64,000 nt of DNA from Blepharisma stoltei ATCC 30299. Lineage: Eukaryota; Protista; Ciliophora. The notes under the pieces were generated by a model. The model searched no databases. It was not told the origin of the DNA and saw only the letters and a program-made list of their open reading frames with translations. Numbering within the stretch: the stretch's first letter is position 1; every line of letters begins with the position of its first letter. Position numbers and translations under genes: made by a program. Location of the stretch: assembly GCA_965603825.1 (NCBI GenBank), contig CBFDEM010000034.1, positions 186,001 through 250,000 on the forward strand, written 5' to 3'. Below, piece after piece: positions 11,237 to 25,632 of the stretch.

Positions 11237-13354
11237 TTACAAGTATTTAATTACAGTTTGAATAATTTCTTCTGGTGAGCATGGCTTAGGTAAAAACTCG
11301 GCCATCCCGCTTTCGAAGCAAAGTTTAACGTCTTCGTCTGAGTTATACGCAGAGTGTCCAATAATAACAGGCAAAAAATGAATATTTCCTTCTCTATAAA
11401 GTTTATTTATATTTTTTGAGGCTTCTCATCCATCCATTTCAGGCATACTTGAGTCCATCATAATTACTTTAAAAGGTCTTTGCTTTTTGTCATGCTCAAT
11501 TACTTTTTCAATTGCAATTTTTCCATTTATAGCTTCACAAAACGCGACTCCATAATTTTTGAAAATAGAGCCAAGGATTTCTAAATTAAATTCCATATCG
11601 TCTACGATTAAAACGCTTTGGTTTAGAGCTCGTGATTCAAAATATTGTTTTGAAATGGAAAATTCAGGCATGACGTTTTCATTGCATTCTTTGGTATTTA
11701 GCTTATCATCTACTCGCTGATGATTATTTGCATTATTTATATCTATTTTAAAAGAAAAAGTTGACCCTCTCCCTAAATTTGATTTTGCTTTTAGTACTTC
11801 TCCACCTAATTGTTTTGATAAGAGATTCGATATATGTAGCCCAAGACCTTTCCCTGTAGAATCAATGCTAGGGACTGCTAATGAATTCAAATCTTTAGTC
11901 ATGCTTTTCAAATTTTTTTTATCAATGCCAATTCCTGTATCTTCAACATAGCATTTTAGTATATTTTTTGAGGTAAGGACACAAGATATATCAATTTTCC
12001 CTTTTATTGTATATCTAATTGCATTAGTTACTAAATTTAGTAAAATTTGGCCAAACCGAAGAGGATCTGTATATATTTTAGTAGGCAGTAAAGGATCCAA
12101 TCGATAAATAATCGATATTTTCTTTTTTTCTGCTTGAAGTTGTATTAAATCGCATGTGTTTATTATGATTTCTTCTATATTACAAACTTTTTTCTGTATA
12201 TTCAGCCCACCAGTTAAAATTTTTGAATAGTCAAGTAAGTCATTAATTAAAGAAAGCATCAGTTTTCCTGAAATCAGGACAGTCTTCAATTTTTTCTTTG
12301 ATTTTTCATTAATCGACAAAGCTTTGTCTTTTAAAAGCTCACTAGTAAAATAAATAATAGAATTCAAAGGTGTTTTTAGTTCATGTGAAGCTGACCTTAA
12401 TATTAAGTTTCTTAAATTTTCTTTTGAAATGTTTTTCTCAAGCTCAATAATTTGATTTGAATTTCTGATTGAAATAAATAGTGAGGGCTTGCCTTCTCAG
12501 GTTATATTTTTTGCTTTTCACTCAATGTTTGTACTTCCAATAAATGAAATGCCAAGTAGAGTTTCTTCGAGTCGAGGGTTATTCAGTAAATAGATAATAT
12601 CATCAATTAAGTTTGTTGAGTCATTGAATCTTGCTATTTTTTTGCCATCAATATATTTTATTGAGTCTAAATCAGTCTTTAAATTTTCAGCTGTTGTATT
12701 CAGTAATTCTAAAGACTCCCCATTAAAAAAAGCTACTTTTGCGTTTTCTGATAATATGATAATTCCTTCAAATAATGCTTGCGTTATTGTATTTAATCTG
12801 TTTGTTGTGTTTTCCAATTCCTTCCTGTAAGCAAATCTCTCATAAGATTTTTTCATCATATGAGATCTACTTATATTGCATAATAAAACTATAACGTTTA
12901 TATCAAGAATAAGAGTCAAGGGATCTATTGCATCTAATTTTACATATCACACACACAAGTGAATAAACATAAGAGAATTAAAAACTCACGTGTTTCTTAT
13001 AATCGTAAATTCAAGCTCAGCTCTAGCAACCCAAGCTAAAACTTCAAAAATTTTACTGTTTAACTGACTTGCTGACAAAATGAAGAGTTGAAAATTGTGA
13101 AATTCATTGGCAAGGATCAGAACGATGATTTTGCAAAATGGACCGTTTTTGGAGGAGAATTGCACAATTAATAAACATATGATATTTGCAATGACTAGTG
13201 GAGCAAACCATATTCAGGTGAATTCACTAGGGATAAAGATTTCTTTGATAAGCCTTAATGATGGAGCAATGCATGAAAGTATGCATGCTTTAATTAAAAA
13301 GTTATAAACACTTTCAAATTCTTCCTTTCACCAAAGATCTTCAGTAGATTTCAT
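11237..13354 (-). CDS. Hybrid histidine kinase HK-B (705 aa)
   Basis: ATG 13354 to TAA 11237 in one frame with TGA=W. SHELKTP, NAIRYT, DTGIG, GKGLGL; receiver IVDD…MMDSSMPEMDGW…PKP. Confidence 0.92.
11241..11617. repeat. Near-identical copy of 13774-14150 (receiver-domain coding tract)
   Basis: By eye, 3 mismatches over about 377 nt. Confidence 0.85.
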
Positions 13355-13769
13355 TTTTTTATTTTTATAATGCAATTTCAGCTATTTATTAGGTGATAGA
13401 GTTACTTTTTTTAAGCTATCTGGAAAAATTTTCTCCTATTTCTATCACAAGTTAAATGGTGTATTCATTATTCAGCATCAAGTTCATATTTGCTTATCAG
13501 ATTCTTTATTTTAAGAGCGCATGAAAGTAGTGTGTGTGCTCGTAAAAGATAAGCTCTATTGTGAAATTAATAATATAATATTTGTTACTAACGGCTGAAT
13601 TATTGAGTTTTATCTGAAAATTTCATGAGAAAAAAAAAATCAAAGCAAAATTTAAATAGTTCTAGAGAAACAATTAAATGATTTTAATTTATCCCACTAC
13701 AATCATTAAACCTCTTTAATAGTATTTCTTTTTTCTTTAATTTTCTAAGCAAAACTATGTGATTTCTAT

Positions 13770-15887
13770 TTATAAGTATTTAATTACAGTTTGAATAATT
13801 TCTTCTGGTGAGCATGGCTTAGGTAAAAACTCGGCCATCCCGCTTTCGAAGCAAAGTTTAACGTCTTCGTCTGAGTTATATGCAGAGTGTCCAATAATAA
13901 CAGGCAAAAAACGAATATTTCCTTCTCTATAAAGTTTATTTATATTTTTTGAGGCTTCTCATCCATCCATTTCGGGCATACTTGAGTCCATCATAATTAC
14001 TTTAAAAGGTCTTTGCTTTTTGTCATGCTCAATTACTTTTTCAATTGCAATTTTTCCATTTATAGCTTCACAAAACGCGACTCCATAATTTTTGAAAATA
14101 GAGCCAAGGATTTCTAAATTAAATTCCATATCGTCTACGATTAAAACGCTCTGGTTCAAAGAATATTGCTCTAGACAATTAATTGACAGTGAAGATTCTG
14201 GCATAGCATTTTCATTGCATTCTTCAACGCTTATTACTTGGTCTATTGGCTGAAAACTATTTGGGTTATTTATATCTATTTTAAAAGAAAAAATTGATCC
14301 TTTCCCTAAAGTTGATTTTCCTTTCAGAACTTTTCCGCCTAATTGCTTACAGAGAAGGTTTGATATATGAATTCCTAGTCCTTTTCCTGTTGAATCAACT
14401 GTAGGTATTGCAAAAGAATTCAGCTCTTGGGTCATTCTTTTAAGTTTTTGGTCATTAATTCCTATCCCTGTGTCTTCTACATAGCATTTCAACATATTTT
14501 TTGGTGTTAAGTTACAAGAAATTTCAATTTTCCCTTTTAAAGTGTGCCTAATTGCATTTGTTGCTAAATTGAGTAAAATTTGACCAAATCGTAGAGGATC
14601 TGTATAAACTTTCCTTGGTAATAAAGAGTCAAATCTATAAATGACAGACAATTTCTTTTTTTCAGCTTGAAGTTGTATCAAGTCACATGTATTTATAATG
14701 ATTTCTTCTATATTACACAATTTCTTTTGGATATTTAGCCCTCCAGTCAGAATTTTTGAATAGTCAAGCAAATCATTAACTAAAGAAAGCATCAGTTTTC
14801 CTGAAACCAAGACAGTTTTAAGTTTCTTCTTTAAAATCTCGTCTTTTATCAAGGTTTTGTCTTCTAAAAGTTCGCTAGTAAAATAAATAATTGAGTTTAA
14901 AGGTGTTTTTAGTTCATGTGAGGCTGATCTTAAAATTAAGTTTTTTAAATTTTCTTTTGAAATGTTTTTCTCAAGCTCTATAATTTGATTTGCATTTCTG
15001 ATTGAAATAAACAATGAAGGCTTGCTTTCTCAGATGATATTTTTTGCTTTTCACTCAATATTTGTACTTCCAATAAATGAAATCCCAAGTAGAGTTTCTT
15101 CATGCCGAGGGTTATTCAGTAAATAGACAATATCATCAATTAAGTTTGTAGAGTCGCTGAACCTTGCTATTTTTTTGCCATCAATATATTTTATTGAATT
15201 TAAATCAGATTTCAAATTTTCTGCTGTAGTCCTAAGCAATTCCAAAGCTTCTTCGTTATAAAATACTACTCCGGCATTTTCTGATAAAATAATTATTCCT
15301 TCAAATAAAGCTTGTGCTATCGTATTTAATCGATTTGTTGTATTTTCCAACTCTTTTCTATAGACAAACCTTTCAAATGAGATTTTCATTATGTGAATTC
15401 GGCTAACATTACAAAGTATAACTAAAATCATAACATCAGTAAGGAGAGAGAAAGGATCTGAGGTATCAAGCTGGACATGTCACTCGCATATGTGGATTAA
15501 AATAAGAAAATTAAAAATTCACTTATCTTTTATAATTGTAAATTCGATTTCAGCTCTTGTGATAAATGCTAGAACTTCAAAAATTTTGCTATTTAACTGA
15601 GTTTTTGATAATTGCAAAAGTTGAAGATTGTGAAACTCATGGCAAATAATTATAACGATTATTTTATGTAAAGGAGTCTTTTTAGTGGCTGAATATACTA
15701 CTAATAAGCATATGATATTTATTGTAAGTATTGGAGCAAAAAATTTTCAGGTATACTCGCTTGGGATAAGAAATTCTTTTATTAGGTTTATTGATGGAGT
15801 AGTGCACGAGAGTATGGATAATTTTAAAAAGAATTTATATACACTCTCAACTTCTTCTTCTCACCAAAGTTCTCCATTAGACTTCAT
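13770..15887 (-). CDS. Hybrid histidine kinase HK-C (705 aa), tandem paralog of HK-B
   Basis: Same length (2118 nt) and motifs as HK-B; near-identical receiver domain. Confidence 0.92.
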
Positions 15888-17705
15888 TTACTTTTTATAA
15901 TATGTATGAAGTGAAGGTAATCGATAATAAATATAATCTTTACTTATAACTATTTAAGAAAAGGAAGATTTCTTATAAAAAATAAAATTGGGTTGATTAA
16001 AGTTGCGGAAAATTATAATGGAAATCTAGAATAAAATCTAAATTGTAATTTAAAATTATCCAAAAAAAAGTAAAAAGTGCTAATTATTATCAAATAAATT
16101 TTAGCAGAAGAAATAATTATGTTGATTGATTGATCCAAGAAGTTTAAAATAAATTTGAAAGTTTATAAATTTGAGAATAATAATATATAAAGAGGTATCA
16201 GGAACTGCGATTTTCCAAAAATTTGATATTAATATTTACATATAATTGATTCATAGACTTAAAATAAAATTTGATTGGCACTATTTTAAATTTTTAATAT
16301 TTTTATTGTATATAGCCTTTAATTATAGAGGCAATATAAATAGAAATCCTCGATAATTTAATAGATAGTAAATATGCATGCCAAAATGCTGAGATTTAGA
16401 CAGTCAGGTAGTTACTAGTGCATAATTATTTATGTCTGGCTGGGTTTTGGAAATATTTACATAATTCTATTCAGCTGAGTTTGAATCGCATCTAAATTCA
16501 TGAGTGCGCAACTGAAAAAGAAAATTTTGCAGCTGGAATAATCTATTTGCTTACTATTCGCAAAAATGAAGAGTAAAACAATTAGATTTTCAAATTTTAG
16601 ATTTAAAATTTCAGGAGCGCATTTTTAGATGAAATTTGACACATAAAAGAGCTCCTAATATTGATTTAATAACTTTTAATTCAATTAAAAATCTGTCATT
16701 ATTGTGATGTGCAAGTAAAGATATCAGAAAAGAAATTTTTTTACAAATCATTCAAACGTAACTTATTGCCTAGTCAATATAAATACTTTAGGTGAAATCA
16801 AATCTTCCATAGCTTTTATTTTCTCTATATTAAAATACAAAATATTCAAGACTTTAATTTTTAAAAGCAATTAGCATCATTAAACTATCCTTGCTTTTAA
16901 TATAACCTTTCAATCGTTAACTAGCTTTTATCCATAGCCTATTGAAGAGTTTCAAATTAATTACATAGACATATTGCCAACAGAAATATTAACAATGATC
17001 AGAAATTATTTTGTCAAGTAATCAAAAGTATAAATACATTTTATTATTTAATATTCGAGCGATAAAAAAATTTTAAAGTTTATTGATAATTACTTAAGAC
17101 AATATTTTTTGATCAATAGTAACTGATAGATTTTCTTAGAGAAAAATAAAAATTAAAACTTTAAGGCAACAATAGAGATAAAATAAGGAAAGGCAAATTG
17201 ATAAAAGGAGTTTATTTTATAAAGTAAAGATAAAGAGAAATTTAGACTAAAGTGCTAAAAATTAGGACAATTAATGCAGTTATTGTTTTAAAGCTTTGCA
17301 AATTTATGGATTAATATTTTTAGGTAAAATTTCGAATATTCCTATAATTTAAATTATTCTCTGGAATTTTATAATCATATTATAGCTATTTGTTTATTTA
17401 TAATTTATAGTTAATTTGCTAAAAAATATAAGAGAGGCTTATCAATAAATGCTCATAAGTATATTAATAGGTAAAGTATTTAATCAGTATTAATTTTCAA
17501 TAAGTGCATAGATATGAATTTCAATAATTTTTTCTTATAAACTAGATCAAAAATCTATAATATATTACCTACAACTTAAAAATTATGATTAAAAACCTGC
17601 CTGGTCTCTTATTTAAAATAAAATGCAAAATCTGTCAATTAATTGCTAATTATAGTTCAGCCATTATTTGCATATACATAATTAATATTGATGCTTAATC
17701 AAAAC

Positions 17706-20700
17706 ATGAATTTCAGAAAATGCTTAATTTCATCTGAAACTCTTTGATCAAGAATAAAATCTGCAATTTTTCAAACATTTTATGACATTTACAACGATGA
17801 TGGCCAAACCCAATCAATATCAAGATCAGAAAAGCCTTTAGTTGGAATTGTAAATATACTTATAACTCTCCAAATGATGACCCAACTATGATATCCGGAG
17901 ATCAATATTTCAAATTGAGATGCTTATTCGCTCTTATGAAATGCAATTAGTTTTTCAAGTATAGACTTTATTTGCGCAAGCTTCAATAATGGTCTATCCT
18001 TTTGCTTTTACAGCGGTATTGCTTTTGTCTTCATTATGACTATGGGCTTAATTTCCTTGACATTTTTCTGTTTTATTAAGAAAAAAATTCATCCAATATT
18101 TATTCTTATTTTAAGAAAAATAATACTTTTTTCAAAAAGCATAGGCCATATACCTATAATGATGGTTATAATTATTTGGGTTAAATTTTCAAGCAATCGA
18201 GATAAAGTCTCAGAAAACTATCCTTATTCCGCAGAGTATTCAGGATCATTGAAGTTTAACAATTCTCTCCAAGGCTTAGGGATAGCATTTGTTATTCTTT
18301 TCAATATTATTTTAGTTTCAGCAGAAATATTTTCTACAGAAACTAGACATAGTTATTTCGAAAAAAATATTTTAGCAAGATCGAGATCGTTTCCTGATGT
18401 TTTAGGATGCATTTGCAACAGCATTTTTGCTTGTGTTTTTACATTCATTGAAAAAAAATTTTGGATTTATGGACTTTATGCATTTTCCATCACATATTTT
18501 ATAATTGGATTAATTTTTTATTTGCAGATTCCGTATTACAATGCGCTACCAAACTACATAAAAGTCGGAAGGCATTTAGTGTGCTCATTTACAGCATGCT
18601 CTTTTATGATTGGGATTTATATGAACAACGCCCAAGTTATTTTTCTTACCGTGCTTGTAATAAACCCCTTGCTGACTCTCATAAGCCTTTATTCTTTAAA
18701 CTGAAGAATTAGCAATATTAAAATAAAAGCCCCACAAAACCAATTTTCTTTTGAATTAAAAATGAGAAATCAGCTAATAGCACCAAAAATTGAAAATAAG
18801 CAAGAAATGATAAATAGATTTTCTGATTGTTTTTCTAATAAGAACTTTCGGCTTGGTAAACTTCTTGGTGTTTGAGAAGCTTATTTTTGTGTTGATGGAC
18901 TCAAAGATGTAAGACTTGCAACTGTGAAGCTTGCACAAGTCCATACTATAGATTCAAATATAGAAGAATGCTATCAAGAATTTATATGCAACAAAAATCT
19001 GAAGCATGAAGGATATATCATGTATGAAGACACTGCATTTTTAAAATATTTGAAAAATATGAACAAAGTAAAAAATGACGATAAAGGATTGCTCTTTGAC
19101 ATTTTAAATTTTTCTGATGAAATCAGCCTGAGAAGGCCAAGTACCGAAAGAATCCAAAAATATTCAAAATCAATTTCTTTTAAAGTAAATTTTTTGAAAA
19201 AAAAATATTCAAAACTGGTTTTAAGATTTCCCAATATGGCGTCGTCAAAGATGCTTTACGGATCTTTTTTAAGAGATATTTTAAACGAGAAAGATAGCAA
19301 TTATTTCATGTTCATTAACAATGAATCTAGCAAGCAAGCTCCTGTAAAACTTAATGATCTCGGCAGAATAAATACATTTGATGAGACGCATGGAATTTTG
19401 TGAACATCTGCAGAAAAGAATAACTTTGGGGATATAATTTATGTGAATGAGATTTTTTCACAAATGCTTGGCTATCAAGTGAGCGATCTTTTAGAGTCTT
19501 CACTTAAAGCATTAATACCTTATCCTTTTTATGAGTTTCATAATAAAGTGATTAATAAATACATTCAATCTTGCACTGATTTAGAAGCAAAAGTTCCTAC
19601 TACACTTTTTATGCAGAATAAAGCTGGTCTACTTGTTGAGTGCACAGTTAGAAGCCGTTTTATAGCATTAAATAGCTATCGGTTCTTTTTAACATCTGTA
19701 AGCCAAATCGACACTTCAAGAGAATGTGCGCTTTTATCTGAAGATTACAATATTTATAATTATACGAGCAATTTCATATCGTGGCTTGATACTCCCAATG
19801 AAAGCATTAAAGATAGAAACATCATTAAGTATATCCCAGATTACCAAGAAATTGCCAAAAATCCATTTGTACCATGCTTGACATCGCTTAACGGCAAAAA
19901 AGTTGCAATTGTCCATGAAGTTAGGCATTTTTCAACTATAAATATGAATATTGCTCTAATAGTTTCAGATCATGAAGAAATTAAAGCATGAACTCAAGGT
20001 ATTCATGAGGACCAAACAGTTTATCAATACGGTGGAGAAAAAACCAATAGCAGACTAACTGAAGCGCTTTCAATGGAAATATATGGGAAAAAAGATATTG
20101 AAGAAGTATTTAAAATTGCATCAGAACATTTATTAATTGAAAATAAAAAAATCAAGGAAAAAATGTCAGATATCGAAGACAAATCAGCTGGGGCCAGCAG
20201 CACACTTTCCAAATTTTTTAGAAATTTAAAAGCCGGGACTCAACACAATCTAATAAGCCAGTCGATTTTGTCGATAAAAATATTTGGGTGGGTAGTATTC
20301 TGAACTGTAATTTATATTTAGCTATTAGCAATTATTGTTGCAAGTACAGCACAACTTATATATTCGTCTCAAGAAATTTATGCAGCTTCTTCTATAGATA
20401 CTATTAGCGATTTAGGGCAAGTACTTTACACCCTTGCAAATATAGGCATAAATGCGCGTCTAAGCGATTGATCATATAGAGTTAAGTCAAATTTTGTTAA
20501 ATATAATTTGGAGATTCTAAATAATAGTTTGAGTGAGCTTATGGACGCAGAAGCAAGTTTACTTGAAAATAGTGGCGATTGAGCATATTGTTCAAGTACA
20601 AATTTGATAAATTTCCAAGTTATTCCTACATGAAGTTATATTAATAACAATACAATGGTTCTCTCAAAAGCCAACCTTATTGATGGAATTCAAGAATTTG

Positions 20701-21845
20701 TCAAACATGTAATTTTAATATAGGCTGTGCATTACTTAACAGTTCCTTATGATTTAGATGCACATTATGGAGATTTATATTTTTTGGTTAATAATGGAAT
20801 TGGAAATTTTTATATTTATCTCAATCAGACTTTTGATTCTCTTGTAGATTGCGAAATTCAAAAAATAAATGATTTAAGTCGGAATATTTATATTCTATAT
20901 GCTTTTGATGTAACTGTGTTGATTGGTGGATTAGTAATCCTGGCGGTCTTTGGCATAAGACTAAATAAAATGCAAGATAAGCTGTGAGCATTCTTAATTA
21001 AAATTTCCCAAATGGTTATGCAAAATATTAGAGAAAACTGCATCAATAGACTATATGAAGTTCACGGATGTGATGCAATGCAAATAAAGCCAGAAATAGT
21101 ATTCAAAAATGGGATTCGCATAAAGGCAAACTATATTTGATCTGTATTGTGAAGAATATCAATTATATTTATCTGTGCTTTAGTTTTTGAAACTGTTAGA
21201 ACATTTGTATTATATGAAAACTGCCAGCAATTACTAGCAAAACGGTCAGATTTCTTAAAAATTGCGACCCTCAGAAGAAATTACTTAGTTGAAATTAATA
21301 TGTGATTTAGGGAAGCTAATGCTGTTGCAAGAAATCTAACATTTTACCAATTTTATCCTGAAAGTTATTTGTTTAATAACTGGCACAGTGAATTTTATTC
21401 ATTAATAAACAAGATAAAATACGTCAACAATCGATATCATTCACCTGAATTTATGGGTCTTATATCAGATAGCACATTAAATGATATTTATTCTAATTCT
21501 TCTTATCCTGGCTTTCCATGATTAGACTATGGAACTTATGCGTCTTATAACTTAGCCCTGCAAGATGTCTATCAATCCGCATTTAATGGTTTTAATACGC
21601 GGTATGTGTATAATTTCACAACGTTCACAGTGAATAATGAAAATGAAATTATAAGCAAAATCAATTTAGATTCAAAAGATAAGGTTACTTCTCAGGTTAA
21701 CTTCATTTTTTCCTTATCCTTGCTCTATATGATTTTTTCATTTGTGGCTTGTTTTGTGTATTATATCCCTTATCTTAGAAATGAAATCAAAAAACTAAGA
21801 GAACTTCAAGATCTTATACATTTGCTTGAAACACCACTAATATAG
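17706..21845 (+). CDS. Large multi-TM PAS-domain protein (TmcB/TmcC-like), two 15-nt introns
   Basis: One frame with TGA=W after removing 20307-20321 and 20709-20723. N-terminal TM bundle, helical region LYGSFLRDI, PAS (GDIIYVNEIFSQMLGYQVSDLLESSLKALIPYPFYEFHN), C-terminal TMs. An alternative in-frame ATG lies at 17691. Confidence 0.8.
20307..20321 (+). other. 15-nt intron GTAATTTATATTTAG
   Basis: In-frame TAG if retained; same position in the paralog (28231). Confidence 0.9.
20709..20723 (+). other. 15-nt intron GTAATTTTAATATAG
   Basis: In-frame TAG if retained; same position in the paralog (28633). Confidence 0.9.
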
Positions 21846-22347
21846 CATAAACTTGTTTAATTATTATATTAAAAGGCTTTCAGATATTTTATTTTAATTT
21901 TAAGTAATTCTATAGTAATATTAATAGTAATTAAATTTTCAATTAACTTTAAGACTTGCGTATTTGTAAGTATAATGCCTTAATAATTTTATTTTAGCAC
22001 ATAAATTGCCTCCCAAAGAGCAATAGAATTGTAAGGAAATAAATAATACTTTTTATAGCCTTCTTCTAATTGAGTGGTATAATAATTACTAAAATAGCTG
22101 TGATGCATCTATATTTCTAGTAAATGATAATATGATAAGGGAAAATCTTGACCTCTGTACAATCTTAGGAAGCTTATTATTTTAATATCAGCTTATAATT
22201 ATACTTATATTAGTTAATTTTAATTTAAATATTCTTCCAACCTAATTACAAAATTGAATGCTTTTTTTAACTTAATAGTTTTGCTTGTTCTAATTTTTTA
22301 TAATAATTCCAATGCAACAATTAAAATTTTCTCAATCATTTAAATAA

Positions 22348-24468
22348 ATGAATCGAATTAAAGACCTCTGGCTGAAAGAAGAAGTTGAAGGGATTTACAA
22401 ATTTTTAATTAGTGCTTCAAAAATCTCATGTTTAGCTCCAATACCAAAAATTATCAATGAAATATTAGATCCAACCTATCTAACCTGAAAGTTTTTTATT
22501 CCTCCTCTTTTACTGAATGTTTTTTCTTTGCTTGTCATAATGTCATTATCTAAAAGGAGTACCTTTGCCAAAATGATTGTTTTGATTATTGCCAATGAAT
22601 ATCATAATATATTGTTTTATATATTATCTAGAACTCAAATAAACGGAGCTATATTTGAAGTCTTTGGCTTTGTTTTGAGAATGAAACTCCAATTTACAAT
22701 AATTCAGAACACATGATTATTTAATGCCACACTTTTTGGGCATGTATATTTGTGGCACATTCATTCCTATATTATGTATTCTAGCATTGAAAAGCCTATA
22801 TCGCCAATTTTGGATATTTTGACTGCAATTCTTCTATGTAATGTATGCAGATATCATTTTATGGAGCTTTCATATAAAAAGTTCTTTTATCAAACAGAAG
22901 TAGAAAATCAAAAAAATAGATTGAATATAATAACTCAGTCCTTAACTGAAGGAATAATCATTCTAACTCAAACTGGTGGAATAGCATTTAATAACGAAAA
23001 ATTTTTTGAGCTGCTGAATACCAATTCAGAAAATTTAAAAAATGTCTTAAGCTCAATAAACTATATCGAAGGCAAAAAAATTTCAGTGATCAATAGGTCA
23101 TCAAAATTAATTGATGATATTAATTATTTATTAAGCAATCCAACAATTGAAGAATTAGTTCTTGGTATTTCTTTGACAGAAAATACAAATATTGAATGAA
23201 AAGCAAAGAGCATAAATTGAGAAGGGGAATCTTCACTCTTTATGTCTATTAGAAATGCAAATCAAATTATTGAACTTGAAAACAATATTGCAAAGCAAAA
23301 TTTAAAACACTTAATATTAAGATCAGCTTCACATGAATTAAAAACTCCACTCAACTCTATTATTTATTTTACAAACGATGTTTTAGAGGATAAAACCTTA
23401 GATTTTGATGAACGTACAGAGAAAAAATTAAAAACTGTATTGGTTTCAGGAAAACTTATGCTTTCATTAATAAATGATTTACTTGATTATTCGCAAATTT
23501 TAACTGGTGGGTTAAAAATTATAAAAAAGAATTGCCATATTAAAGAAATAATTATGAATGCATGTGACTTGATACAGCTTCAAGCTGAAAAGAAAAATAT
23601 ATCGATAATTTATAGATTAGATCCTTTCTTACCTAAACACATATATACAGATCCAATCCGATTTGGCCAGATTTTATTAAACCTGATTTTAAATGCTATT
23701 AGATATACTATAAAAGGAAAAGTTGAAGTTTCATGTGTTTTAACTTCACAAAATAAACTAAAATGCTACGTTGAAGACACAGGAATTGGAATAAATGATC
23801 AAAAATTAAAAGTTATGACAGACGAGCTAAATTCATCGGTTATGCCTACAATTGATTCTACAGGAAAAGGCTTAGGACTTCATATATCAAATCTTATTTC
23901 AATGCAATTAGGAGGGCAAGCATTAAAAGGGAAGTCAATTCCAGGCAAAGGATCAATTTTTTCATTCACAATTGATTTAAGCACATCAAATAGCGATCAA
24001 CAATTTGATAATCCAATAAATAGTGATGAGTGCAATGAAGATGTTAATCCTAGTTTTTCTGTTTCTGCAAATATTTTCAAAGAAATTTGAAATCAGACTG
24101 TTTTGATAGTGGATGATATGGAGTTTAACTTAGAAATCTTAGGCTCAATATTAAAGAATTATGGAATCGCATATTGCGAAGCCATAAATGGAAAAATTGC
24201 AATTGAAAAAGTAATCGAGCATGAGAGTCAGCAGAGACCTATTATGATGGACTCAAGTATGCCAGAAATGGATGGATGAGAAGCCTCTAGGACTATTAAT
24301 CAATTGTACAGAGAAAGGAAAATTAATTTTTTGCCTGTTATTATAGGATATTCTGCATATAATTCTGATGAAGATGTTAAACTTTGCTTTGAGAGTGGGA
24401 TGGCTGAGTTTATACCGAAACCATGCTCATCAGAAGAGATAATTAAGACTGTAATTAAATATATATAA
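22348..24468 (+). CDS. Hybrid histidine kinase HK-D (706 aa), same subgroup as HK-B and HK-C
   Basis: SHELKTP, NAIRYT, DTGIG, GKGLGL; receiver IVDDMEFN…IMMDSSMPEMDGW…PKPC; TAA 24466. Confidence 0.92.
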
Positions 24469-25632
24469 ATTAGGATTAATTGTATTTTAATATTATTTTT
24501 ACATCATCTTTAAATAAGAGATAGCAGTTAGTATAAGGAATTATAGTATTCTGAAGTAAAATTAAAATTAAAAAAAAATGAATTTTTTGGTCTTGATTAT
24601 ATTCTCTCTCAGAGTGAAGACTTAATATCCTTACAATCAGATTTTTGAGAAAACGGCCTTTTTATAGATCACTGCATTAATGCGAGCATATTCTAGGCGC
24701 TAATGCCAGCTTAAAGTATACCCCACTATAGCTCTAGATAAATAATTCGATTTTTATTAGCCCAATACACTTCTTGGATCTCAACATGCTCAATTTATGA
24801 TTGAAGGAATTTTACCCTGCAAAATATGCGACAAAGCTATCATATTCAACGTTACAACAAATATGTGGCAAATGGACAAAATTATGATTATATAATTATA
24901 GCTTTATGACAAAAAATTACGAAATAATTTGAATTTGAAATCAGATTTTTATAGTCTTTATATTTATATTTTATCAGTTTAAATGTTAAAAAATTTAAAA
25001 TATTAATTAGCTTCATTATAAATTAATAATTTTTTGCTCATTTTAGTTTTTAATTTATTATTAAACTTGCTTATCCGTATTAGAATTATTTTATCAATCC
25101 TGCTATTTGAACTTACCAAAATTTAAAAACTCTTTTATTTTTTCTCCAAATCTAATATAAAGCTTTTAAAGTCTTAGTTTAATTTTGGATCTCGGTGAAA
25201 TAAGATGAGTTTTAGCTTAAATTTATTTTAATTCAAAATTTATGAAAATTTTTATATTTGAAACATAATTGCTCCCTTATTTTTGAACTCCTTAATTAAT
25301 TTTTTTTGCATATAAATTATTTGGTTTTGTGCCTTTAAATGTTCTCCTACATGAAAGAGTAATTATTCCCTATTTAAAATTGCAAAATTTTGTTTCAAAA
25401 TAAATTAATACTGATCAGAAGCTTGCCGATATATGATTTTATTGTTGATTATAAAGAATATATAAATTTATTTTTACTTAAATATTTAAGCTTCAAGAGT
25501 TTAAAGGTAGCGATTAGATAGAATTCCTAAAAAGTGCACATATTAAAACCTCAAAGATTATCTTCGAGCTGCTTGATTGTAAACTCTTAAAATATAATTA
25601 TGTTTAAACACAAAATGAATCAATAAGACTTA

